Assembly (NCBI GenBank): GCA_947574255.1
Contig: CANPJT010000004.1
Location: forward strand, 1-50,389
Reading direction: 5' to 3'
Origin: an uncultured Mycoplasmatota bacterium
GTDB lineage: Bacteria; Bacillota_I; Bacilli_A; RF39; UBA660
DNA length: 50,389 nucleotides
The notes beneath the pieces are model-generated. The model was not told where the DNA came from, ran no database searches, and worked only from the letters and a program-made list of their open reading frames with translations. This document shows positions 17,733-28,762 of the stretch, piece after piece. A program made the position numbers and the translations under genes. The stretch's first letter is position 1. Each line of letters starts with the position of its first letter.

Positions 17733-19301
17733 CTAAGATTCAAGTTGGCTCATTAATCCAAACATTGGTACTATTACTGCCAATATTATAATTCCTACTA
17801 CCAATGCTAACGATGAAATCAATATTGGTTCGATAAAAGATTTTAAATTATTTACAATACTTTTATGCATTTCAGCATAATAGTCGCTTACCTTTTTCAT
17901 CATTTCAGCAAGCTGACCAGTAGATTCTCCTGTTACTAGCATATAATATGCCACATCAGGAATCGCCCAATGATCTTTAAAAGATGTAGATATTTTATCT
18001 CCTTTAACAATATTATTTACTGTTTCTTCCATAATTTCACGATATATTTCATTATTAGTTATTTTGCTTAAAATATCCATACTATCTGTTATAAAAACAT
18101 TATTTGCTAGTAAGGATGAAAATGTTTTAGTGAATATTGTCATTTCTTTATATATAATTATTTTACTAATAACCGGCATATGCATTAAAGCAAATTGAAT
18201 ATTTCTTCTAAAAGCTTTAATTTTTCTATAACATAAGCAAAATACTATAATAATTCCAAGTATTATTAAACCTAAAATTAATATATTTGCCTTTAAAAAA
18301 TTACTTAAATTGATAATAAAAACTGTTAAACCATTTATTTGGGCATTAGATTCTTCGTATATTTTTACAAATTGTGGTATTACATACATTAAGATAAATG
18401 TAATAACAGCAGTAGCGAATACCATAATAATTGTTGGATAGGTAATAGCACTAATCATTTGTTTTCTTGTTTTTTCAACATCTTCATAATAATTAGCCAT
18501 ATCAGTTAAAGTTGCTTCTAACTCTCCTGTTGCTTCTGCTGCTCTTATCATATTAATTAATAAAGCTGGAAACATGGTTCCTTGCTTTTCTAATGCTTTA
18601 GAAAAAGCCTCTCCCATTGTTAATTCATAAATAATGGATTGAAATGCTTTACGATAACGTTTTTTATTACGCATTTGATTATTTAAAATTTTTATAGATT
18701 CTGTTAAAGAGATACCACTTTTTATATAAGTTGAAAGTTGAGTTAACCAAAATAACAAATCCTTATTTGACATCTTAACTCCAAATAAACTCGCATCTCC
18801 ATAAAGAAATTCAATATATTTGCTATTTTTTATTTCATACACGATATAAGATTCTTGGACTAAAAAAGTATTTACATCTAATTTAGAATAGCCATTTATA
18901 GTTCCAGTTTCTATTTTTCCTTCTTTATTTTTCGCACGATACCAATAAACCTTTGGAGTTTTACTTCTTTCAGTTGTATCTTTTTGTAAGTCATCAAGCA
19001 GTTTCAAACGCATTTTTTCTAATTTAGCGTTTTGCCGTTTACCACTCAATGAATTATTATATTTTTCTTGTTTTAAACGTTTTTTTTCTTCTTTAGTCAT
19101 TTTATTAGACCCCTTTTCTTTTGTTTTTTTTCTTAGTAACATTCTCCAAATATCTATTAAAAAAAACTTAATCCCCTTAATTGAAAAAATAAAAATATCT
19201 AAAATAACTAAAAATATAAATTTGAAAGACATAAAAAAGCCAATACCAGGAAGTTTTAAGACGTTTACTTTGTTCTTTTTAATAGAATTATTTTCTGTCA
19301 C
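17733..19301 (-). CDS. Type II secretion system F / PilC platform protein with N-terminal extension
   Basis: QLSTYIKSGI, FP..LINMIRAAEATGEL, AITYP, GESTGQL, IEPILI, IVPMF. Confidence 0.93.
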   Translation of the reverse strand: MTENNSIKKNKVNVLKLPGIGFFMSFKFIFLVILDIFIFSIKGIKFFLIDIWRMLLRKKTKEKGSNKMTKEEKKRLKQEKYNNSLSGKRQNAKLEKMRLKLLDDLQKDTTERSKTPKVYWYRAKNKEGKIETGTINGYSKLDVNTFLVQESYIVYEIKNSKYIEFLYGDASLFGVKMSNKDLLFWLTQLSTYIKSGISLTESIKILNNQMRNKKRYRKAFQSIIYELTMGEAFSKALEKQGTMFPALLINMIRAAEATGELEATLTDMANYYEDVEKTRKQMISAITYPTIIMVFATAVITFILMYVIPQFVKIYEESNAQINGLTVFIINLSNFLKANILILGLIILGIIIVFCLCYRKIKAFRRNIQFALMHMPVISKIIIYKEMTIFTKTFSSLLANNVFITDSMDILSKITNNEIYREIMEETVNNIVKGDKISTSFKDHWAIPDVAYYMLVTGESTGQLAEMMKKVSDYYAEMHKSIVNNLKSFIEPILISSLALVVGIIILAVIVPMFGLMSQLES

Positions 19302-19412
19302 ATATTATTTTCCTCTCTACTCTCTTTAATATATAAAAATTATAACATATTTTTTCTTTATAAAAAAGAAATAAATCAGCTAAAATGCATAAAATATAGT
19401 AAGGTGATATAA

Positions 19413-19700
19413 ATGTATAATGGTTTAAGTATAACAAAAGGACTAAGTTTTATGAAAATTATCGGTGGTCTTTCTAAAACGTTACAAGTTGCCAATCAAA
19501 TTATTCCTTTATATCAAAAAGCTAAACCTGTTATTATTAATGCTAAAAATATGCTAGGAGTTTTAAAAGAATTTAATAAATCAAGTGAAAGTACCAATAA
19601 TAACATTAATAAAAGTAGCAATAATAATATAAATCTTACTGAAAAGAATTTGGCTAATTCCAAAGAAAAAATGTCAGCTTCGCCAACATTCTTTTTATAA
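19413..19700 (+). CDS. YqfQ/VrrA-like protein
   Basis: KTLQVANQIIPLYQKAKPVIINA core, N-rich linker, C-terminal SPTFFL; near sigA-trmK as in Bacillus. Confidence 0.65.
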   Translation: MYNGLSITKGLSFMKIIGGLSKTLQVANQIIPLYQKAKPVIINAKNMLGVLKEFNKSSESTNNNINKSSNNNINLTEKNLANSKEKMSASPTFFL

Positions 19701-20342
19701 ATACTTTCTTAATAACTTTTTTTTAATCAAAATCTTTATTTTTTCTTTTGTGTTTTTAGAATTTTTTAACTTTTTGGTAATATTATCTAATTCTAAAGCT
19801 AAATAATTATAATAATCTTTATTATTAATATCATACTTACCAAAGTTTTTTTCTCTCAATTTTAAAGAAGTATATTTTTTAGTATAAAGCCCTATTACAT
19901 AATAGTGTTTTTTTTCATATACAACTTTCTCTTGTTGTAAATAAAAACCTTTTTTTCTTAAGTTTATTCTTAACTTTTTTAAATCATTATTTGATTGAAT
20001 AACTAACTTTTTTATAGGAAATTTCTCAATATGATCAATAATATTTAATATGGTATGACTCCCCATTCCGGAAAGTACTAGTGTATTTATTTCATAATCT
20101 GAAACATTTAATAAACCATCTGATAAATAAGTGGAAATTTTTTGTTCTAAATGTTTACTCTTGATATTATTTTGAGCTATTTTTAAAGCATTTTTATTTA
20201 TGTCTGTTGCAATTACTTTTTGGCATAAATTGTTTTCTGTTAAAAAAATTGATAAATAAGCATGATCACAACCAATATCTGCAACTTTATCAGTTTTATC
20301 AATAAAGGTTGCAATCATATTTAAGCGTTTACTTTTCATCAA
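19695..20342 (-). CDS. trmK: tRNA (adenine(22)-N1)-methyltransferase
   Basis: [26 protein letters not shown]; follows sigA. Confidence 0.92.
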   Translation of the reverse strand: MMKSKRLNMIATFIDKTDKVADIGCDHAYLSIFLTENNLCQKVIATDINKNALKIAQNNIKSKHLEQKISTYLSDGLLNVSDYEINTLVLSGMGSHTILNIIDHIEKFPIKKLVIQSNNDLKKLRINLRKKGFYLQQEKVVYEKKHYYVIGLYTKKYTSLKLREKNFGKYDINNKDYYNYLALELDNITKKLKNSKNTKEKIKILIKKKLLRKYL

Positions 20343-21433
20343 TCAGATAAAAAATCCTTTAATTTTTTAGCACGAGATGGATGTCTTAGTTTACGTAATG
20401 CTTTGGCTTCAATTTGACGAATTCGTTCACGAGTAACATTAAATTTTCTGCCTACTTCTTCTAATGTATGACTAGTTCCATCAATTAGTCCGAAACGTAG
20501 TTCTAATACTTCTTGTTCACGTTCTTGTAAAGTTTCTAAAACTGATTTTATTTCTTCTTTTAATATTTCGTTTGTTGCATATTCTTCAGGAGTCATCGTA
20601 TTAACATCTTTAACAAAATCTCCCAAATGAGAATCATCCTCTTCTCCAATTGGCGTTTCTAAGGAAACAGGATCTTGACTTATTTTGATTACTTCACGTA
20701 CCTTTTCTACTGTAATACCCATTTTTTTAGCTATTTCTTCTTCACTTGGTTCTCTATTTAATTCAAGCGTTAATTGTCTTTGAATTCTAGCCATTTTATT
20801 AATTGTTTCAACCATATGAACTGGAACCCGAATCGTACGTGCTTGATCTGCTAGAGCACGCGTAATAGCTTGTCTAATCCACCAAGTTGCATAAGTTGAA
20901 AATTTAAATCCTTTATCATAATCAAATTTGTCAACTGCTTTCATTAAGCCAATGTTTCCTTCTTGTATTAAATCTAAAAACAGTAAACCTCTTCCAACAT
21001 AACGTTTAGCAATACTAACAACTAAACGAAGATTAGATTCGGCTAAAATATTTTTTGCCATTTCATCTCCTGTCGCAGCTCTTTTTGATAAATCAAGTTC
21101 TTCTTCAGCAGATAAAAGACTAATTTTACCTATCTCTTTTAAATACATACGAACAGGATCATTTATATTAACATCTTTCGTAATTTCATCATCATTAAGA
21201 ATTAATGGTTCATCCTTGGTTAAAGTTTTCTCGCTATCTCCACTTTCTTCATCATCTGAAACAATCTCAATATTATTCTCGATGAAAATATTATATAATT
21301 CATCTAATGAATCATTATCTACATCCAATCCTTTTAAACTTTCTGCTAATTGTTCAAAAGTTATAACTCCTTTTTCTTTTCCTAACTTTAATAACTCATC
21401 TTTTCTTTCTTCAAATGTTTTAATAACTTTCAC
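20339..21433 (-). CDS. sigA: RNA polymerase primary sigma factor SigA/RpoD
   Basis: [59 protein letters not shown]. Confidence 0.98.
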   Translation of the reverse strand: MKVIKTFEERKDELLKLGKEKGVITFEQLAESLKGLDVDNDSLDELYNIFIENNIEIVSDDEESGDSEKTLTKDEPLILNDDEITKDVNINDPVRMYLKEIGKISLLSAEEELDLSKRAATGDEMAKNILAESNLRLVVSIAKRYVGRGLLFLDLIQEGNIGLMKAVDKFDYDKGFKFSTYATWWIRQAITRALADQARTIRVPVHMVETINKMARIQRQLTLELNREPSEEEIAKKMGITVEKVREVIKISQDPVSLETPIGEEDDSHLGDFVKDVNTMTPEEYATNEILKEEIKSVLETLQEREQEVLELRFGLIDGTSHTLEEVGRKFNVTRERIRQIEAKALRKLRHPSRAKKLKDFLSD

Positions 21434-23165
21434 TTTCTACACTTCCTTTTTTTATTTCTACAAGTTTTTCTGCTAACTCTATTTTTTTGTTTGGATCAAA
21501 TTCATTTTTTAATTTTTCTTTTAAACGCTTTATTTCATCGTCTTCAATTCTTTTTTTTAGTTTTTTTAATAATTCATCCATAGCACTTTCTGTTATATCC
21601 TTTATATCTACACTCTCTATTATATCCATAATTTCTTTTTTTACATTCGTAGTTTCAGCATAAGCAATAAAATCCGCTATATTTATATTTTTATGAGTTT
21701 CATAATAATATAGTATTTCACTTGCTATTAACCGCTCTTTTTTTGTCGGAAAAATACCTAATCTAGTTTGATATAATTTTATATAGATTTTATCATTCAT
21801 CATAAAATAAAGAATTTCGTCTACCAGCTTTTCGTATAAGCTTTTTCTTTTTTTATTTTGTTCATCTGGAATTATTTTTCTTTTATCTTTTCCTTCTGTT
21901 TTTAATTGCTCCTTTAAAACAGCATAAGAGATATTATAATCATTACTTAACTTTTGTAAAGTAACTTCTTTTAAAATTTCATCATTATTATTTTTTAAAT
22001 TTTCTATTACAGATTTTATATATTCAGATAAATCTACTGTTGAATTTAAATTTTTATTTTTTTTCAAATAATTTAATTTGAAATCCATAAAAGATATGGC
22101 ACTTTTTATATTTTCTTCAATAGCATCAATTTTAAATTTTAAAATATACTCATCTGGATCTTTAGCTCCATTTAATCTCACAATATGAATATCTAGACCT
22201 TCTTCTTCTAAAATATTTCCGATTCGATAAGTTGCAGTTTCTCCAGCATCATCATTATCTAACATTAAAATAATTTTAGCTCGTAATTTTTTTAAAGATT
22301 TTACTTGTTCTTTAGTAATTCCTGTTCCCATTAAGGCAATAACATTTTTAATGCCGTTGGCGTACATTCTAATTGCATCCATATTGCCTTCAACTAAAAT
22401 AACTTCTTTTTTAAGTCTTATTGAATCTTTAGCTCGATGATAATTATATAAGATGTTTCCCTTTTTAAAAATGTAAGTTTCTTTCGTATTTAAATATTTT
22501 GGTTTTATATCATTTAAATAACAACGAGCTGTAAAACCTATAACTTTTCCTTCTAAATCATGAATTGGAAATATTATCCTATTTTGAAAAGTATCATTAA
22601 TTATTTGTCCATTTTTATTAATCAATCCTAAATTAATAAGCATAGTTTCTGCATAACCTTTTTTTATTAATAAGCTAGCAAGTAAATTACCATCTAATGA
22701 TAAACCAATGTCAAAATCTTTTCGAACTATTTCATTTAAATTCCTCTCATTTAGATATTTAATAGCTTTATCTCCAGTTTCTGCATTTAAATTATTTTGA
22801 TATATTTTTAAAGCTAAATCCATAATAGTATATTCTTCTTTATTTTTTTCTTCTTTTGTAGTTCTAAGATTGTTTTTAATTCTAATTCCAGCTTTTTCGG
22901 CAATTAAACTTACAGCTTCACTAAAACTAATATTTAAATAATTTTCAACAAAAGTAAATACATTTCCAGCGGCACCACAAGAAAAGCATTTATATATTTG
23001 TCTTTCTTCTGAAACGCTCATACTTGGTGAATGGTCTTCGTGAAAAGGACATACTCCAAAATAGTTCTTTCCTTTTTGAGTTAATGGTATATAAGAGGAT
23101 ACTATGTCTATAATTGACACTGAACTGCGAATATTATTTATTTCATCTTGTGATATAAAAGCCAT
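21420..23165 (-). CDS. dnaG: DNA primase
   Basis: CPFH..SPS..CFSC zinc finger, KYLNT, VEGNMD, LDNDDAG, KDPDE. Confidence 0.97.
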   Translation of the reverse strand: MAFISQDEINNIRSSVSIIDIVSSYIPLTQKGKNYFGVCPFHEDHSPSMSVSEERQIYKCFSCGAAGNVFTFVENYLNISFSEAVSLIAEKAGIRIKNNLRTTKEEKNKEEYTIMDLALKIYQNNLNAETGDKAIKYLNERNLNEIVRKDFDIGLSLDGNLLASLLIKKGYAETMLINLGLINKNGQIINDTFQNRIIFPIHDLEGKVIGFTARCYLNDIKPKYLNTKETYIFKKGNILYNYHRAKDSIRLKKEVILVEGNMDAIRMYANGIKNVIALMGTGITKEQVKSLKKLRAKIILMLDNDDAGETATYRIGNILEEEGLDIHIVRLNGAKDPDEYILKFKIDAIEENIKSAISFMDFKLNYLKKNKNLNSTVDLSEYIKSVIENLKNNNDEILKEVTLQKLSNDYNISYAVLKEQLKTEGKDKRKIIPDEQNKKRKSLYEKLVDEILYFMMNDKIYIKLYQTRLGIFPTKKERLIASEILYYYETHKNINIADFIAYAETTNVKKEIMDIIESVDIKDITESAMDELLKKLKKRIEDDEIKRLKEKLKNEFDPNKKIELAEKLVEIKKGSVESESY

Positions 23166-23224
23166 AAAATAGCCTCCTAATCTTATATATTACGTTAACT
23201 AGACAAATTTCCTTTTTTTTATAT

Positions 23225-23262
23225 AAAAAAAATACAAATTTTGTCAAAAAAATTGTATTTTT
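23225..23262 (-). terminator. Probable terminator after sortase
   Basis: AAAAAAATACAA(A)TTTT..AAAATTGTATTTTT inverted repeat. Confidence 0.5.
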
Positions 23263-23754
23263 TTAATTTTTTTCTAATTTTCCACTATATATAGCGGAAA
23301 TAATTAAATGTAAATCAGATGTATTTTTTTTACAAGTAACTAAAGATAAAGTTTTTGTATTATATCTATTTATAACCACATCTCCATCTTTTTTATCTTC
23401 ATAAATATTAACAATACGAAATAAATAAGTTTCATTGTTATAATTTATTTTTATTTCATCATTTATCTTTAATTTATCTAAATTTTTAAAATAACTTATT
23501 TTGGCATTTCCAGAATGAGAGGCTAAGATTATGTTAGCAGAATCATTATCTAAATCTGTTGACTTAGGGTGAAGATATAATCCGTATTTTAATTTATTAT
23601 ATTTAGAATTTTTTTTATAAACTTTAACTTTTAAATCTATATTAGCAATATTTAGTGTAGCATATTCATCTTCTGTAATTCGAAAAAAGTTTAAGTTAGA
23701 TAATAATAATGATAAAATTAAGCTTATTATTAAATAGTTATTTTTTATAAACAT
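23263..23754 (-). CDS. Sortase (class D/C-like)
   Basis: N-terminal TM, ILASHSG, FKNLDKLK..DEI, LSLVTC catalytic motif. Confidence 0.85.
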   Translation of the reverse strand: MFIKNNYLIISLILSLLLSNLNFFRITEDEYATLNIANIDLKVKVYKKNSKYNKLKYGLYLHPKSTDLDNDSANIILASHSGNAKISYFKNLDKLKINDEIKINYNNETYLFRIVNIYEDKKDGDVVINRYNTKTLSLVTCKKNTSDLHLIISAIYSGKLEKN

Positions 23755-24634
23755 AAAAAATATTCCCTAGCAATAATAAAATAATTAACCAGTTAAAATT
23801 GTACTTTGCTGTACTAGGCATTTCTACTTCGATTTTATCTTCAATAAAAAATTCAGTATTATTATAATTTTCTTCTGTAACTTTCATTTCATCTATTATT
23901 TTAGGATATTCTCTTTTAACATATAAAATACTATCATCTTCACACATTCCATTATACCCTAAAACATTAGCACTTTCATTAGCAATCCAGTAATCAGCAG
24001 GCATACAATTATTTTTAGCTTTTAATTTTACCTGATATAAATCTTTTTCATTTAAAAATTCAACTCTATATCCTGATTCTATTTTTTTGATTTTTATATC
24101 ATCATTAAAAAAATCGAAATTATCTATTAAATGTTTATCAGTAATATCTAAATAATTGTTATATATAATATAATTAGGTATTTTATTTTCTTTAATTGTT
24201 TTCCTAACTTCTTCAATTTCATATTTAGCAAATTCACTACTATCACTATTTTTATTAACAATATCAACTGAATATTCATTTAAAGCTTCATATAATAAAT
24301 ATTGAGTCGCGAAATAAAATGCATCAGTAGTGTGATTTTGATATCCATACCCATAATACATAATCTTCGTCATTTTTTGATAAGTATTAAAATCCAATAA
24401 AATATTTCCTTTAGTATAATTTTTTCTTTCAAACATTGAAACATCAGGCTGAACATTATAGTAAGGTTTACCATCTTTAGTTATCTTATACATCTTTTGT
24501 TTAATAGTTCCTAAATATTTTTTAGTTAATGTAAAATTATAATTTGGATTTAATTCTAAATCAAGAACATCCGCTTTAACTACTTTAAAACTAACAAAAT
24601 TTAGAAGTACTAAAAATATTATTAACTTTTTCAT
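23738..24634 (-). CDS. Secreted, putative sortase-anchored protein with degenerate thioester (TQXA/TED-like) domain
   Basis: Signal peptide (VKA|D), YYNVQP, YYGYGY...YFATQYLLYE, C-terminal MPSTA + hydrophobic helix + KK. Confidence 0.6.
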   Translation of the reverse strand: MKKLIIFLVLLNFVSFKVVKADVLDLELNPNYNFTLTKKYLGTIKQKMYKITKDGKPYYNVQPDVSMFERKNYTKGNILLDFNTYQKMTKIMYYGYGYQNHTTDAFYFATQYLLYEALNEYSVDIVNKNSDSSEFAKYEIEEVRKTIKENKIPNYIIYNNYLDITDKHLIDNFDFFNDDIKIKKIESGYRVEFLNEKDLYQVKLKAKNNCMPADYWIANESANVLGYNGMCEDDSILYVKREYPKIIDEMKVTEENYNNTEFFIEDKIEVEMPSTAKYNFNWLIILLLLGNIFYVYKK

Positions 24635-24709
24635 ATTTCATCTCCAACTATTAGAAAGGTGTTAAAAAGAAGATAACATAAATATTAAATTCAAACAAAA
24701 AAGAGAATT

Positions 24710-25624
24710 TTATTTTCTCTTCAACTTTTTTAAATATTGGGAACTTTTAAAGTTTTTTTGAAATAATAAATTTAATAAAATAACTAAAAAATTAGCTAAA
24801 ATTATAGAAATATAAATTCCTTCTTGAAAATTTACTAGTAAAGAAAATGGTAAAATACTACAACCAAGCACAAGACTATAAAAAAATTTCATTTTTTTTG
24901 TATAAGGTGAATAATTAGATAATGTTGCAATAAATATTAATCCAAATAAGATACTTGAGGAAAACATATAAACTAATATTAAGGACATATCTTGTTTAAT
25001 AAAAGCATAAATAAATAAAGTTATTAAATATATCCCATAACTATAAAATGATATTTCTTTTTTATAATAATTATCTATCGCTAATATTATTAAAGATAAA
25101 ATAATTAAAAAAACACTAGTTGTATAAATACCACCTATTCCATATCCCAATAAAATATCTAAAATAGAATATTGAAATATCCCACTTTCTTCTATAACAT
25201 TTTGATAATTATAAGACTTAAAAACTATTAAAATTATTACTAAAAAAAGTTTAGCATAAGTTATTAAGTTAAAACTACTATCATTTTTTTTCAAAGATAA
25301 ATAATTATAAATAAATAGAAAAACACTTAGACATAAAAAATATAAGAAAAAATTGGTTTCAATTGGAATAATCATTGTAAACAATAAACTATAAAATTTA
25401 CTATTGAATAAATCTTTATTTTTCCAAAAATAATCAAATAAACAACCAATTAAAAAGCTTAATAATGGTAAAATAAAAATAAAAATCATCTCTGTTAAAG
25501 TACTATAGTCATTAATAAATGGAACCACTCCATTTTTATAAATCCCAAATATTATTAATAATATGAAAGATAAATAATACTTTTTAATTAAAGAAAATTT
25601 AGTTATTTTATGTAATCTACTCAT
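24710..25624 (-). CDS. RnfD/NqrB-like membrane protein (divergent)
   Basis: ILLGYGIGGIYTTS (cf. LFLG..G.IGETS), FIATLSNYSPYT (cf. FMATD..TSP.T), EGIYISIILAN; start MSRLH overlaps upstream stop. Confidence 0.7.
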   Translation of the reverse strand: MSRLHKITKFSLIKKYYLSFILLIIFGIYKNGVVPFINDYSTLTEMIFIFILPLLSFLIGCLFDYFWKNKDLFNSKFYSLLFTMIIPIETNFFLYFLCLSVFLFIYNYLSLKKNDSSFNLITYAKLFLVIILIVFKSYNYQNVIEESGIFQYSILDILLGYGIGGIYTTSVFLIILSLIILAIDNYYKKEISFYSYGIYLITLFIYAFIKQDMSLILVYMFSSSILFGLIFIATLSNYSPYTKKMKFFYSLVLGCSILPFSLLVNFQEGIYISIILANFLVILLNLLFQKNFKSSQYLKKLKRK

Positions 25625-26750
25625 TGCTATCACCTACTAAATAATTTTTTAAATTAATGTAAGCAGGGCAAATGTAAGTACATAACCCACAGTTAATACA
25701 TTTAACTTTTATACCCTTTTTATAAGCTAACAGAGGATTAGAATTAATCGGGCATATTTCAATACATTTCCCACAATTAATACAATTTTTGGTCTTATTT
25801 TTACTTTTATTCATAATAATTAAACCTTTTAATTCTTTAGTTACTATTAAATCAGCAATATTCATTTTTGTTCCTTGCATTAAACCATTAACATAAACGT
25901 CATAATTATTAATATCTAACTTATAATATGTATTAATTATATCTAATACCTTAACTCCTAATTTAGTATTAATAACTTGTGGATTTTTTAAAGCATCACC
26001 TGTAATAGTGATAAAAGTTTCAAATAAAGGTTTTCGCTTTTTAATGTTATTATATAAAGCAAATACTTCACTAGTTTTTAAATATAAATATGAATCTTTA
26101 ATATTTAATTTTTGGATTAAATTTTGTTCTTGGCCAATTAAATACAAATCTTCAACCAAATTTAATTCAATATTTGTATAAGTTCCTAAAAAATTTGTAT
26201 AAGTCATAATGTTTTCACTATCGATGTTTTTAATACATACGTGAGCTGTACTGCCTGGAAAAATATTTAATAAAACATCTATCGTTTCTAAAATTATTTT
26301 AGTATTTTCTTTTTGAATAAAAACTTCATTTGCAATATAAGGTTCATCATCAATACCACAGATAATAATATGTTTTATATCTAAACTTTTAAATAATTTA
26401 TCTTCAGAAATGTCTTTTAAATCTTGTTTTATTTCTTCTATAGTTAAATTATTTATTTTTTTTCTTGTCGCTATCCTGGAAGCTAGTTTTTCTTGAAAAT
26501 CATTAGCGATAATTAAACACTTTTCTGAACTTTTATCCCACATGATACATTTTTTTATAGCAATAACTCTTCCTGATATAGAAGCATAATACTGATTAAA
26601 TATTAAATCACCTTTTTTAATTTTGCTATTTTTCTTAAAAGTAACTGGATTATTTTTAATAGGAACATAAATAAAATCAGGGTTTAAATAATTTGTTACT
26701 TGACTGTTTAGTTTGATACTATAATCTTTATCAAGACTGATTAACTTCAT
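25617..26750 (-). CDS. RnfC-like protein with 2x[4Fe-4S] ferredoxin domain (divergent)
   Basis: ASISGRV, IICGIDDEPYI (cf. INGAECEPYL), ITITGDALKNP, NGLMQG, CINCGKCIEICP and CINCGLCTYICP. Confidence 0.75.
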   Translation of the reverse strand: MKLISLDKDYSIKLNSQVTNYLNPDFIYVPIKNNPVTFKKNSKIKKGDLIFNQYYASISGRVIAIKKCIMWDKSSEKCLIIANDFQEKLASRIATRKKINNLTIEEIKQDLKDISEDKLFKSLDIKHIIICGIDDEPYIANEVFIQKENTKIILETIDVLLNIFPGSTAHVCIKNIDSENIMTYTNFLGTYTNIELNLVEDLYLIGQEQNLIQKLNIKDSYLYLKTSEVFALYNNIKKRKPLFETFITITGDALKNPQVINTKLGVKVLDIINTYYKLDINNYDVYVNGLMQGTKMNIADLIVTKELKGLIIMNKSKNKTKNCINCGKCIEICPINSNPLLAYKKGIKVKCINCGLCTYICPAYINLKNYLVGDSNE

Positions 26751-26794
26751 GTTACTTCACCTTAGATAATTATACTATAGATTATGTTACTTTT

Positions 26795-28555
26795 CTATTT
26801 AAAATCTTTTAGAAATGTATACAATTTTTCAGCAACATCATGTGGTAATATTTCTTCTAATTCTTCTATAGACGCTTGTTTCATTTTAACTACACTTCCA
26901 AATCTTTTAATAAGTGCTTTTTTTCTTTTGCTTCCAATGCCATATATGTTATCTAATATACTAGAAATACTTCCTTTACTTCTAATGGTTCGATGATAAT
27001 TAATTGTATAGCGATGAACTTCATCTTGCATACGTGTTAAATAATGAAATAAATTACTACTTCGATCTATTTCTTTAATACTTAAATCTTCTAATACTAA
27101 ATCATTAGTTTTATGATGATCATTCTTTTTTAGGCCACAAACCATTATTTTTAAATCTAAATCTTTTAAAGTTTCCTGAACAACTACTACTTGTTTTTCT
27201 CCACCATCGGCAATAATTAGGTCTGGCTTTTCACTTTGTTCTTCTATCACTCGTGAATATCTTCTGAAAATCACTTCTCTCATTGTTCCATAATCATCAT
27301 TTTTATCAATACTTACTTTGAATTTACGGTAATCATTTTTACTAGGACGGCCGTCTTTAAAAACAACCATACCACTAACAGAAAATGATCCGAAAAGATT
27401 GGAATTGTCAAATAAATCAATACGATGCAAATTTTTTAAACCTAATAACTCTTTTAATTCTTCATTAGCACTTTCTGTAATATATTCATCTTTTTTAATA
27501 AGTTCTAATTCATTTTCTAAATTTAATTTACTATTCATATTAGCCATTTCAAGTAACTTTTTCTTAGGACCTCTACTGGGTATGACAAATTTTGTATATA
27601 TTAATCCTTCTAACATTTCTTTATTAATGTCAGCTGAAAATATTATCTCTTTTGGTACTTCATGTCTTGAATAAAACTGTGCGATATAATATTCTAAATC
27701 ATCAGATAGTTCACTAATTATTGGAAAAATATCTGACTTCCCACCAACAAGTTTTCCGTTTCTTAAGAAAAATATTTGAATACTTATATAACCCTTATCG
27801 AAATAATAACCAAAAATATCACGATTTGTTAAATCGTGTAATTCAACTTTTTGCTTATCCATGACAATCTTAATATATTCGAGTTCCTTTTTTATTTCTA
27901 AAGCCATCTCAAAATTTAAAGCATCACTATACTCTGTCATTTTCTTTTCTAAACGAGTCGTTAATATTTTATCATTGCCATTTAAGAAACTAAGAATTTC
28001 ATGTTCCATATTATTTAATTCTGTTTGATTTAAATTTTTACTACAATATCCTAAGCATTCCTTAATATGATAATAAAGGCATAATTCTTTACTTTTCCCT
28101 TCACATTTTTTTAAAGGGTAAATACGATTTAATAGATTTACAATTCGACGCGCAGCATATGCATTTGGATATGGACCAAATAATTTTTTATTGTCTTTTT
28201 TCTTAATATTTAAATATCTAGATACTTTAACACGAGGATAAGGCTTGGAAATATATTCAATATAGGGATAGCTCTTATCATCTTTAAGAAGTATATTATA
28301 TTTGGGGTTAAACTCTTTAATTAGATTGATTTCAATGATAAAAGCTTCTAACTCACTATTTGCAACAATATAAGTAAAATCAGCAATTTCAGAAACCATT
28401 TTAGCTGTTTTACCAGTTTGAACACGATTAAAATAGGAAGAAACACGACGATGTAAATTTTTAGCTTTTCCAACATATATGATTGCTCCATCACTATTTC
28501 GCATTTGGTAGCTTCCTGGTAAATTAGGGACTAAAGCTAATTTATCTTTGAACAT
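26795..28555 (-). CDS. uvrC: Excinuclease ABC subunit C
   Basis: GIY-YIG (PGSY..IYVGKAKNL), PKYNILLKDDKSYPY, FDNS, ADGG, QDEVHRY, HhH. Confidence 0.97.
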   Translation of the reverse strand: MFKDKLALVPNLPGSYQMRNSDGAIIYVGKAKNLHRRVSSYFNRVQTGKTAKMVSEIADFTYIVANSELEAFIIEINLIKEFNPKYNILLKDDKSYPYIEYISKPYPRVKVSRYLNIKKKDNKKLFGPYPNAYAARRIVNLLNRIYPLKKCEGKSKELCLYYHIKECLGYCSKNLNQTELNNMEHEILSFLNGNDKILTTRLEKKMTEYSDALNFEMALEIKKELEYIKIVMDKQKVELHDLTNRDIFGYYFDKGYISIQIFFLRNGKLVGGKSDIFPIISELSDDLEYYIAQFYSRHEVPKEIIFSADINKEMLEGLIYTKFVIPSRGPKKKLLEMANMNSKLNLENELELIKKDEYITESANEELKELLGLKNLHRIDLFDNSNLFGSFSVSGMVVFKDGRPSKNDYRKFKVSIDKNDDYGTMREVIFRRYSRVIEEQSEKPDLIIADGGEKQVVVVQETLKDLDLKIMVCGLKKNDHHKTNDLVLEDLSIKEIDRSSNLFHYLTRMQDEVHRYTINYHRTIRSKGSISSILDNIYGIGSKRKKALIKRFGSVVKMKQASIEELEEILPHDVAEKLYTFLKDFK

Positions 28556-28762
28556 TACTATTTCCTCCTATCTTAAACATAAAAACTATTGATTTATATA
28601 CTTTCTCATATTACTGGTTTTTAGCGTCTACTTCACATCAAGAAACTATTTGAAATTATTTTTAGAGGGACTAGAAGTGAGGCGGCAATTATGAAAAAAG
28701 AAAATTTTTTTCTTAAATTCTTATTAAAAGTAATTATTTTACAATTAATATAAGAAAAGACG

